From Noviherbaspirillum sp. ST 5-3 (GTDB lineage Bacteria > Pseudomonadota > Gammaproteobacteria > Burkholderiales > Burkholderiaceae_D), in the NCBI RefSeq assembly GCF_046267815.1, contig NZ_CP176528.1, positions 8,698 to 48,697 on the forward strand: 40,000 nucleotides of DNA, read 5' to 3'. Position 1 is the stretch's first letter, and each line of letters starts with the position of its first letter. The notes beneath the pieces were generated by a model, which ran no database searches, was not told the origin of the DNA, and worked only from the letters and a program-made list of their open reading frames with translations. Made by a program: the position numbers and the translations under genes. Shown one piece after another: positions 18,890 through 25,619 of the stretch.

Positions 18890-19890
18890 TCAGCACGAAC
18901 TTGGCAGATCGATGGGTGAGGAAACACCCCGGCCACCCTTGTTCAAAACATGCGCATACACGATGGTGGTCGACACATCCGCATGGCCAAGTAGCTCCTG
19001 AACTGTCCGGATGTCGTAGCCGGCCTCAATCAAATGAGTCGCAAAGCTATGCCGAAAGGTATGGCTGGATGCACGCTTGGTCAGCTTCGCCGCCAATACC
19101 GCACGTTTGACTGCCCGCTGGATGGTTTGCTCGTACAAATGGTGCCGACGAACGATACCGGTGCGGGGATCGGTCGATTCATGATCCGAAGGAAATGCCC
19201 AATACCAGCTCCATTGCGTGCCGGCAGACGGATATTTTCGCTCCAACGCATCCGGCAGCATGACACCGTTGCGGCGGTTCAGGCGATCCACCTCATACAG
19301 CGACTTTGCATATGCCAGCTGTTCCCGCAACGGCTGAACCAGGGACAACGGCAGCATGGTCAAGCGGTCCTTGCCGCCTTTGCCTCGCCGGATGGTGATC
19401 TCCCTTCGCTGGAAATCAATATCCTTGATCCGCAGCTGGGCACATTCCATCAATCGCATGCCGGTGCCGTACAGAAGTCTGGCAATCAACAGGTAAACAC
19501 CGTCCATCTGCGCAAAAATCCGATCGATCTCCTGGCGGGTCAGCACGGTGGGCTGGCGCGGCGGCTTCGACGGCTTGGGCAAGTCATCGATCCACGGCAA
19601 CTCCACTTTCAGCACGTGCTTGTAGAGGAACAGCAGGGCACACAGTGCCTGATGGTGAGTCGAGGTTGAGACGCTTCGTTCGTTGGACAAGTAGGACAGG
19701 AAGGCGTGGATTTCCGGTCCTCCCATATCGGCGGGATGGCGGAGCTGGTGAAAGCGGATTTACCATCTGGCCCAATACACGTAGACGCGTTCGGTCCGTA
19801 GGCTATAGTGCTTATCTCTAAGGCAACGTCGTAGCTGGTCGAGCAGTTTCGGTGGTTGCCCGACAGAAGCGGAATCAGGGGCGATTTTCA
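18890..19890 (-). pseudogene. intI: Integron integrase IntI with a single in-frame TAA (19759-19761)
   Basis: - Conceptual translation from GTG 19890: [74 protein letters not shown]...
- From memory, this is collinear with IntI1 along its whole length.
- It includes the IntI-specific insertion (ALERKYPSAGTQWSWYWAFPSDHESTDPRTGIVRRHH).
- It also has the catalytic R...K...HxxR...H...Y contexts (GTGMR, GKGGKDR, HTFRHSFATHL, LLGHADV, IVYAHV). Confidence 0.9.
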
Positions 19891-19899
19891 CGTTAATTA

Positions 19900-19919
19900 A
19901 CACTGTATGAAGATACAGT
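19900..19919. promoter_or_regulatory. LexA (SOS) box in front of intI
   Basis: CACTGTATGAAGATACAGTA matches CTGT-N8-ACAG exactly (core 19902-19917). It lies about 10 nt upstream of the intI GTG. That is the position where LexA boxes overlap PintI in described integrons. Confidence 0.7.
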
Positions 19920-20022
19920 ATTGTGCGGTATGCTAGAGGGCATGCGGCTTGCGAAGGATCAAGCGAAATGGTTTATCGGGCACTACCCTGTTTTATCAGT
20001 CAGACCAAGCCTTTGAAATCTA

Positions 20023-20029
20023 GTTATGC
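20023..20029 (+). other. attI recombination core (GTTATGC) at the attI/cassette-1 junction
   Basis: This is the first GTTRRRY-like core downstream of intI. The TTATGC that follows the G is the exact complement of the R'' box of cassette 1 (GCATAAC). The extent of the rest of attI (about 19920-20022) is not defined. Confidence 0.65.
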
Positions 20030-20032
20030 ATC

Positions 20033-20311
20033 ATGAATAAGCAGCTCTACAACGCACCGCCGTCACCTGGGAGCCGCAGGATTCTCGGTCAGGGGTGTTT
20101 TGTCTTTGGCCTTTCAATGATCGCTTTCGGGATCTACCTATTTGTCGACGGATTTAATTGGCCACTTGGCGGTAGAGAGCGAACGATCGACATAATACTC
20201 ATGATGATTTTCGGACCGCAGTATGCGTCGCTGGCCATGGTTTGGTTTTTCATTGGGCTGGGTATCGTTGTGGGGTACAAAGGGCTAAAAATGTGGTGCA
20301 AAGATGCATAA
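20033..20311 (+). CDS. Cassette 1: small membrane protein (92 aa, 2-3 TM), unknown function
   Basis: ORF filling cassette 20024-20356. Hydrophobic stretches CFVFGLSMIAFGIYLFV and ASLAMVWFFIGLGIVVG. The stop lies inside the R'' box. Confidence 0.6.
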   Translation: MNKQLYNAPPSPGSRRILGQGCFVFGLSMIAFGIYLFVDGFNWPLGGRERTIDIILMMIFGPQYASLAMVWFFIGLGIVVGYKGLKMWCKDA

Positions 20312-20362
20312 CGAGTTATTCAACGCTGACGCGCAAGCGCGCCGTTTAACAAGGCGTTAGCC
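20306..20362 (+). other. attC of cassette 1
   Basis: R'' GCATAAC ... imperfect palindrome (..CAACGCTGACGCGC AAGC GCGCGCCGTTTAAC..) ... R' GTTAGCC. Confidence 0.75.
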
Positions 20363-20402
20363 GCCAAAACTATTCGCTGCCTATTTTCAGATTGGAACAA
20401 GA

Positions 20403-21272
20403 ATGGGTACTTGGGGATCTGGAATCTACGATGACGACTTCGCCGCGGACCTTAGAAATTCTGTAGCCATCGTATGTAAGGTTCCTTCCGGCGGCGATCG
20501 CCTCACGGAAATACTGTTGCAACTGCACGGAATCACATCGGAAAGCGAGGACGAAACTACATTTTGGCTCGTGCTTGCCGATCAGTTTGAGCGCAGAGGG
20601 ATCGAATGCCCTGGCGTATTTACCACTGCACTATCCATCATCGAAAGTGGGGCGGACCTGAGTCGCTTGAAGGACCAAGATGCGGATGAGCGCTTTCTGA
20701 AAAAGCGCGCCGTCGTACTCGAAGCACTCGCCACCCGGCTCCGGGCTCCGCGCCCATTCCGCCCCAGATCTATGCCCCGAAAGCCGCCCGATCTTGTGCT
20801 AGAAGTTGGATCGGTTTTCGCCTTTCCAACCATGAATGGTTTTGCATGTAGTCCGTGGCGCCTTCCCCGCGACGGCCCCTTTGCGACGAACGGATGGGGA
20901 GCTTTTGTCGTCCTCGATTGCGGCCGTGCCTTTGATTGGCTTCCATGGTGCGCGCTGGCCTCGCTGACCGTTGAACCTTCCAGAAAGCCGACGATAGACG
21001 ATGCAATTCACGCGAATCTAATCTTTCACCTTCAAACCGACGGCGCGGCAAGATGTGTCCCAAAACGGTCCGACGCAAAGACGATGCAGTTGGAGCTAAT
21101 TGGCCGCATCGCCCTAGACCCGAATTGCGTCAAGCCACATCTCTCGAAGTGGAGTATTAACGATGCTATTGAATGCGGGTGGTCAATCGCAAATGCCGGC
21201 TACTCCACTTCAGTACAAGGCCTTCCACGTGGTCCTCAACTACTTTCCCTTATGGCACGAAATGTCGGCTAA
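20403..21272 (+). CDS. Cassette 2: hypothetical protein (289 aa); N-terminus resembles DUF4259 (from memory)
   Basis: The ORF fills cassette 20357-21356. It starts MGTWGSGIYDDDFAADL. The family assignment is tentative. Confidence 0.6.
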   Translation: MGTWGSGIYDDDFAADLRNSVAIVCKVPSGGDRLTEILLQLHGITSESEDETTFWLVLADQFERRGIECPGVFTTALSIIESGADLSRLKDQDADERFLKKRAVVLEALATRLRAPRPFRPRSMPRKPPDLVLEVGSVFAFPTMNGFACSPWRLPRDGPFATNGWGAFVVLDCGRAFDWLPWCALASLTVEPSRKPTIDDAIHANLIFHLQTDGAARCVPKRSDAKTMQLELIGRIALDPNCVKPHLSKWSINDAIECGWSIANAGYSTSVQGLPRGPQLLSLMARNVG

Positions 21273-21362
21273 CCGGTCGTTGCAGCCGACCGCCCAAAAG
21301 CTGCGCTTTTGGGTCCCCTCGTCGCTACGCTCCTCGGCGGCGGCTGAACTTGGACGTTAAAA
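21267..21362 (+). other. attC of cassette 2 (long type, 96 bp)
   Basis: R'' GGCTAAC, spacer CGGTC, L'' GTTGCAGCC ... CCCAAAAGC TGC GCTTTTGGG ... L' GGCTGAAC, spacer TTGGAC, R' GTTAAAA. The R'' box complements the cassette start TTAGCC. Confidence 0.8.
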
Positions 21363-21365
21363 ATC

Positions 21366-21665
21366 ATGGACGCTGGTTATGTACTTGTTGCGGGTCTAAT
21401 TGCCGGATTGGTCGGCATGAACATAGCCGCGACACTTAAGGTGCATGCCAGCAGCTTTTACGAGAAAAAGCAGAAGTCGATACAGTACATCCTGATTTGG
21501 CTGGTGCCGGTACTGGGCGCAATTCTCTGCTATGGATTGGCGCGACAGAATGATGGCCCGCACAGCGGAAAATATTCCGAAGATACGTCTTTATATGATG
21601 ATGGAAACGTCGGTGTCGAAAATGCGAACATCGACTACTTCGGTGGAGGGCATCACAGTGATTAA
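21366..21665 (+). CDS. Cassette 3: small membrane protein (99 aa, 2 TM), unknown function
   Basis: The ORF fills cassette 21357-21719. TM stretches GYVLVAGLIAGLVGMNIA and YILIWLVPVLGAILCYGL. Confidence 0.6.
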   Translation: MDAGYVLVAGLIAGLVGMNIAATLKVHASSFYEKKQKSIQYILIWLVPVLGAILCYGLARQNDGPHSGKYSEDTSLYDDGNVGVENANIDYFGGGHHSD

Positions 21666-21671
21666 CCAGAT

Positions 21672-21725
21672 TTTTAACACGTCGCTCGACACCCACGCAA
21701 TGCGTGGGTCAGCTCAGCGTTATGC
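21672..21725 (+). other. attC of cassette 3
   Basis: R'' TTTTAAC, ACGTC, L'' GCTCGAC, ACCCACGC AATGC GTGGGT, L' CAGC, TCAGC, R' GTTATGC. There is an extrahelical base in L''. The R'' box complements the cassette start TTAAAA. Confidence 0.85.
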
Positions 21726-22111
21726 AGCTAACTAAAGTCGATCCCATGGCACTGAGGCAAAGAGTCGAGGCAGAGTTTCACGGCTACGCGCAGTGCTATG
21801 AGGCGCCACCAACCAGCACAACGGTTGGCACGCCATGGACAAAAGAAAAAGTGAAGATTGAAGTGGATCGTATGGCAGCGCTGCTTGTTGATCCGTACCC
21901 CGTACACTATGAGTCCGGGGATGAAATGGTGCCTTCTGAGCAGCGCCTTGTCGGCCGGCGCTCTGCCTTTGTTGTGGCCGAGGACGATCCTTATGTGCTT
22001 CTTTTCGACCATGATGCGGAGGATTTCGTTTTGGCGTACAGAAGTGATGATGGTCAATTGAGCGCATGGGGTCTGCGTGGTGATGCAGCTAGCACCTTCC
22101 TTGCACGCTGA
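21722..22111 (+). CDS. Cassette 4: hypothetical protein (129 aa)
   Basis: ATG placed inside the R' core (GTTATGC) because the cassette starts at 21720. The track start at 21704 would lie in the previous attC. No family recognised. Confidence 0.55.
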   Translation: MQLTKVDPMALRQRVEAEFHGYAQCYEAPPTSTTVGTPWTKEKVKIEVDRMAALLVDPYPVHYESGDEMVPSEQRLVGRRSAFVVAEDDPYVLLFDHDAEDFVLAYRSDDGQLSAWGLRGDAASTFLAR

Positions 22112-22117
22112 GACGCT

Positions 22118-22174
22118 GCATAACATGACAATCGACACTGACCGCTTTGCGGCCGGTCATTTAACACGTTAAAA
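22118..22174 (+). other. attC of cassette 4
   Basis: R'' GCATAAC ... TGACCG CTTTGC GGCCGGTCA ... R' GTTAAAA. The R'' box complements the cassette start TTATGC. Confidence 0.8.
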
Positions 22175-22185
22175 GTACAAGACCA

Positions 22186-22428
22186 ATGAAGATATTTGGC
22201 TACGAAGCCGGAGGTGGAGATGGAGCTGAGATTCGACCAGCTGCACTGGATGAAATCACGCTTCAGGCAAGTCCGGCCGAACTTAGAAAAATTGCTGCCT
22301 TCTTGAATGCTTGTGCAGACGGAATAGAAACCCGAGGCAAGGATTGGGAGCACGAGCACCTATCAGACAGAGTAAAGGAGTTTGAAGGTTCGCCTCATTT
22401 TGTTGTCTTCAATCCGGAGGCGGTATGA
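22186..22428 (+). CDS. Cassette 5: hypothetical protein (80 aa)
   Basis: The ORF fills the cassette that starts at 22169. No family assigned with confidence. Confidence 0.55.
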   Translation: MKIFGYEAGGGDGAEIRPAALDEITLQASPAELRKIAAFLNACADGIETRGKDWEHEHLSDRVKEFEGSPHFVVFNPEAV

Positions 22429-22432
22429 AGAC

Positions 22433-22485
22433 TTTTAACACGTCGTTGCACACCCATGCCTCCGGCCTGGGTGAACTCAAGCGTT
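22433..22485 (+). other. attC of cassette 5, 5' part; the R' core is split by the IS and continues at 24227-24233
   Basis: R'' TTTTAAC, ACGTC, L'' GTTGCAC ... L' GTGAAC, TCAAGC, GTT | IS | GTTAGCC. The left half is near-identical to attC 3. Confidence 0.8.
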
Positions 22486-22584
22486 GAAGCTGTAGAAAAA
22501 CCCTTTTTCGAAAGGGCGAGGGCGCACGAAGCAGTATGCCAATTTGCGCTTCGAGCCGATTGAGTCAATTCGGGAAGTGAACGA

Positions 22585-22615
22585 GACAAAGGCAAGCCAT
22601 GCGCTTGCCTTTGTC
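22585..22615 (-). terminator. Perfect 13-bp hairpin immediately after the transposase stop
   Basis: GACAAAGGCAAGC CATGC GCTTGCCTTTGTC. It ends 1 nt from the stop codon (22617-22619) and lies inside the IS. Confidence 0.4.
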
Positions 22616-22616
22616 G

Positions 22617-24137
22617 TTACTGCGCATAACCGTGATGCGCGAGCTTCTCGATGTTATGCACCAGGCAGAACAGCTTCCACTGCACGTCAACTTTGATACG
22701 ACCGCGCAGCGTGAAGCGGTTGAGCTTCTTGTTGTGACGCAGGTTGCCGAACACCGGTTCCATGATCCCCAAGCGCCTGCCATACAAGGATCTGCCCTGT
22801 GGCGAATCGATACGCCGCTTCATCCGGTCGGTATGGCTTTCTGCGACGGCCTTGCCGAGGAAGATCGCTACCTGCCTTGTCTTGGTCTTGTCCGGCGTGC
22901 GCAGGCACTTGTCACGATGTGTGCAAGGCAAGCAGTCGCGCTGCGCTCCCTGGAATTTGATGGCCGCATAACCATTGATGCGGCAGTTGCTGCCGGTCCG
23001 GTACAGTTTCTTGCCCGCCGGGCAGATGCAGGTCTTGTGTTTTGGGTCGTAGCTGAAATGCCGCGCCTGGTACAGGCGCTTGCCATCGTCCGGTGCGCTC
23101 TTGTTGTAGAGAGGATCGGGTTGCTGTTTGTGCCTGTCCTGGGTGGCAAAGCGCTCGTCGCGTGAGCGCATGTTGTTGTCCGCAATGAGCGCATTCACTC
23201 CCATCGCATCGAGTGCCTTCAGGTTGGCTTCGCTGTGATAGCCGGCATCTGCCGTGAGGATCGAATCATCGGTGATCAGGCCATGGATCGCCTCGACCAT
23301 CGGCATCAACAGCTCCTGTTCGCTGCCGGTGCCGTGCGCTTGCGCTTCCACGATCACCTGATGCTTGCCGTCGACGGCGGCCACACCGGCATAGCCTTGA
23401 ATGACGCCTTTGGAGGTCGCCATCTTGGCGCTGTCGCCGTCGGTGCGATTACTCTTGCGTACACTGCCCTTGCTGCCGCGCCGCTCCTCTGGATGGGCAC
23501 TCAGCCATTGTCGGATTTGCGCAGCTTCGCGTTCGAGCGATGCTACGCGCTGCGCCGCCTTTGCTTCCAGGCCTGCTTCAATGGAAGACTTGTCGGCGTG
23601 TTGATGGCGTGCCAGCATGGCTTGCGCCGCGGCTTCCAACTTCTCGACCTGGCGCTCGAAGTCGGCGCGCGTACCGCTCTTGCTCTTGGAGGCATTGCTT
23701 GGCAGTTTCACGCCATCAATGGCGAACATCTCGCGCCCGATCAAGCCTTGGCGATCACAGATAAACAGCACCTGGCTGAAGATACGGCTGATGTCCTCGC
23801 CCAACGTACTGACAAAATCGGCGATGGTGGTGAAATGCGGTGCATGGTCGCCGCACAGGGCGATGAATGTCACTTGTTCCCGGCAGGCGCGCTCGATGGC
23901 GCGGCTGCTGACAATGCCCCGCGAATAACCGAACAGGATGACCTTGAGCAGCAGGGCAGGCGGATAAGCAGGAGCGCCGGTGTCGTCGTTGCGAAAGCGT
24001 GCATCCAGATTGGAAAGGTCCATCTCATGGTCGAGCAGATGGTTCAACGCATGTTCGAAGGTGCCCGGCAAAAGCTGCCGCGAGAGGTCAATCGGCAGAA
24101 AGCGCGGATTGGTATCAATGTGCTTGTAACGGGCCAT
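22617..24137 (-). CDS. DDE transposase (DUF772-type N-terminus, IS1182/IS5-superfamily)
   Basis: 506 aa. N-terminus ...GAPAYPPALLLKVILFGYSRGIVSSRAIERACREQVTFIALCG. A central coiled-coil insert, then DAGYHSEANL. C-terminus ...FCLVHNIEKLA. Confidence 0.85.
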   Translation of the reverse strand: MARYKHIDTNPRFLPIDLSRQLLPGTFEHALNHLLDHEMDLSNLDARFRNDDTGAPAYPPALLLKVILFGYSRGIVSSRAIERACREQVTFIALCGDHAPHFTTIADFVSTLGEDISRIFSQVLFICDRQGLIGREMFAIDGVKLPSNASKSKSGTRADFERQVEKLEAAAQAMLARHQHADKSSIEAGLEAKAAQRVASLEREAAQIRQWLSAHPEERRGSKGSVRKSNRTDGDSAKMATSKGVIQGYAGVAAVDGKHQVIVEAQAHGTGSEQELLMPMVEAIHGLITDDSILTADAGYHSEANLKALDAMGVNALIADNNMRSRDERFATQDRHKQQPDPLYNKSAPDDGKRLYQARHFSYDPKHKTCICPAGKKLYRTGSNCRINGYAAIKFQGAQRDCLPCTHRDKCLRTPDKTKTRQVAIFLGKAVAESHTDRMKRRIDSPQGRSLYGRRLGIMEPVFGNLRHNKKLNRFTLRGRIKVDVQWKLFCLVHNIEKLAHHGYAQ

Positions 24138-24239
24138 GGGAGAACCTCCTTGTTTCTCCCATAGACTGGTTATTGTGATAACAGTTCGAGCGTGGCAAGA
24201 TGCAGAGATACTTTTTATACAGCTTCGTTAGCCGTCTTG

Positions 24240-24929
24240 ATGCCCATGCGTTCGCAATTTCATCGTCAGACTGAAATAGCTCGTATACGTGCCGAGCTGG
24301 AGCTGAAAGGCTTACCTCGCCTCAAAATGCTGCTCATCATCACGCTTACTGGCGGTGCAGGTTTTCTTGCTTCGTTTTCGATGCTCCGCTGTTGCGTAAC
24401 GTCAATGGCCATTCGCTATCCTGTGTCCATTGCCATCGCCTATGTCGTATTCTTATTTTTTCTCTGGCTTTGGCTCAGAACGTCTGCCGAGGATTACACC
24501 GATTTCCCAGATCTTTCTGGCATTCCAACTTGCCGGAATGTTCCGACCGATTGCTCAGAGCTTCACTCGGTGGCGTCGGCCGATGGCGGATCAATATCCG
24601 ACACAATTGGTGCAGCCGCCAGCGCGGATGAAGTCGCAATTCCTCTTCTCGTTTTGTTAGTAGTCGGCGCATTGCTGCTCTCATCGCTTTGGATCGTTTA
24701 TACGGCGCCTACGCTATTCGCCGAATTGCTGGTTGACGGAGCCCTTTCCGCTAGCCTTTACCGAAGGCTTCGGGGCCTCGACACCCAGCATTGGTTGGCC
24801 ACTGCTATCAGCCGTACTATCTGGCCGTTCGTCATAACGGCGGTCATCGCCGGTTTCGGCGGTAAGGCTCTACAGTTTTGTGTTCCCACAGCCTACTCAC
24901 TTGGCGAGGTAATACACTGGCATGAGTGA
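24240..24929 (+). CDS. Cassette 6: polytopic membrane protein (229 aa), unknown function
   Basis: Start moved to the ATG at 24240 (MPMRSQF...) because the track start at 24192 lies inside the IS. Several TM stretches (LLIITLTGGAGFLASF, VSIAIAYVVFLFFLWLWL, IPLLVLLVVGALLLSSLWIV, IWPFVITAVIAGFGG). Confidence 0.6.
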   Translation: MPMRSQFHRQTEIARIRAELELKGLPRLKMLLIITLTGGAGFLASFSMLRCCVTSMAIRYPVSIAIAYVVFLFFLWLWLRTSAEDYTDFPDLSGIPTCRNVPTDCSELHSVASADGGSISDTIGAAASADEVAIPLLVLLVVGALLLSSLWIVYTAPTLFAELLVDGALSASLYRRLRGLDTQHWLATAISRTIWPFVITAVIAGFGGKALQFCVPTAYSLGEVIHWHE

Positions 24930-24935
24930 GCAGAC

Positions 24936-25000
24936 GGCTAACCTCTCGGTCAACCGGACCTCGCGCATAAAGCCGCGCGAGGTCAGTTACCTCAAACGTT
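24936..25000 (+). other. attC of cassette 6, 5' part; the R' core is split by the MITE and continues at 25109-25115
   Basis: R'' GGCTAAC, CTCTC, L'' GGTCAAC, CGGACCTCGCGC ATAAAGC CGCGCGAGGTC.., L' GTTACC, TCAAAC, GTT | MITE | GTTAGGC. The R'' box complements the cassette start TTAGCC. Confidence 0.85.
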
Positions 25001-25108
25001 GAAGCTGTAGAGAAAACCCAAAAATGCCATTCTTGCTAATTCTCAAGCCAAGGGAATCAATGACTTACGCCGCTAAAAAAACCGCAAAACGACTTTTCCT
25101 ACAGTCTC
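25001..25108. mobile_element. 108-bp MITE sharing its termini with the IS at 22486-24226
   Basis: The left end GAAGCTGTAGAGAAAACCC matches the IS end GAAGCTGTAGAAAAACCC. The right end, reverse-complemented, is GAGACTGTAGGAAAAGT against the IS end GAAGCTGTATAAAAAGT. There is no ORF. It is flanked by GTT/GTT and has the same orientation as the IS. Confidence 0.75.
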
Positions 25109-25120
25109 GTTAGGCAGAAC

Positions 25121-25573
25121 ATGTCACGCGAAGGCGATCTCATCAGACGCGAGTTGAAGAAGCATGTGATTCCTCGGTTGGAGGAACTTGGCTTTTCAGG
25201 AAAAGGGCTGTACTTTCAACGAAAACGTGAGGTCTTAGATCTTTTGGATTTCCAGTATTGGAAGTACGGGGGAGAGTTCTTGCTTGAATTCGCGTCGTGT
25301 GAGCTAGGCGATCTTAAGACGTCTTGGGGCGAGATTGTGCCTGAGAATAAAATCACCGTGGCGCATATTTCCCCATTGAAGAGGGCGCGCCTACAGCAGC
25401 AGGGGCCAACACGGGGAAAGAATTTCGGGGGATTTGCATTCGAAGGCTTCGCGGATGACCAAGAACGATACGAGTCACTGGCGCGACAAGTAGCAATGCT
25501 CCTGCCTCAAGTCGATCTTTGGCTTCGTATTAGGGAGGTCGGTTCACATGTGCACGTACTTGGAGCTGCCTAA
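25121..25573 (+). CDS. Cassette 7: hypothetical protein (150 aa); resembles DUF4304 (from memory)
   Basis: The ORF fills the cassette starting at 25110. The N-terminus ...HVIPRLEELGFSGKGLYFQRKRE is of DUF4304 style. The stop lies inside the R'' box. Confidence 0.6.
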   Translation: MSREGDLIRRELKKHVIPRLEELGFSGKGLYFQRKREVLDLLDFQYWKYGGEFLLEFASCELGDLKTSWGEIVPENKITVAHISPLKRARLQQQGPTRGKNFGGFAFEGFADDQERYESLARQVAMLLPQVDLWLRIREVGSHVHVLGAA

Positions 25574-25619
25574 CATTTTGATCAACGCCGACGGCTGCGT
25601 CGCCGGTTATCGCGAACGT
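25568..25619 (+). other. attC of cassette 7 (terminal), 5' part; the R' core is split by the group II intron and continues at 27455-27459
   Basis: R'' GCCTAAC, ATTTT, L'' GATCAAC, GCCGACGG CTGC GTCGCCG, L' GTTATC, GCGAAC, GT | intron | TGACC. The architecture is the same as attC 6. The R'' box complements the cassette start TTAGGC. Confidence 0.8.

Larger units (their letters stand above)
22486..24226 (-). mobile_element. Insertion sequence, IS1182-family-like (1741 bp), inserted in an attC R' core
   Basis: Terminal inverted repeats GAAGCTGTAGAAAAA (22486-) and, reverse-complemented, GAAGCTGTATAAAAA (-24226). Flanked by GTT on both sides. Carries one transposase ORF. Confidence 0.85.

Noticed and set aside
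20026-20040. Tiny ORF ATGCATCATGAATAA (M-H-H-E-stop) spanning the attI/cassette-1 junction and overlapping the cassette 1 ATG. It is reminiscent of the attI1 leader ORF reported to help translate cassettes that lack an RBS.
   Set aside because: It is only four codons long, has no Shine-Dalgarno sequence upstream, and cannot be distinguished from chance without conservation or ribosome-profiling data.
24192-24239. Track start of the cassette 6 ORF
   Set aside because: These codons lie inside the right end of the IS and the R' core. The cassette only begins at 24228, so the first in-cassette ATG (24240) is used.
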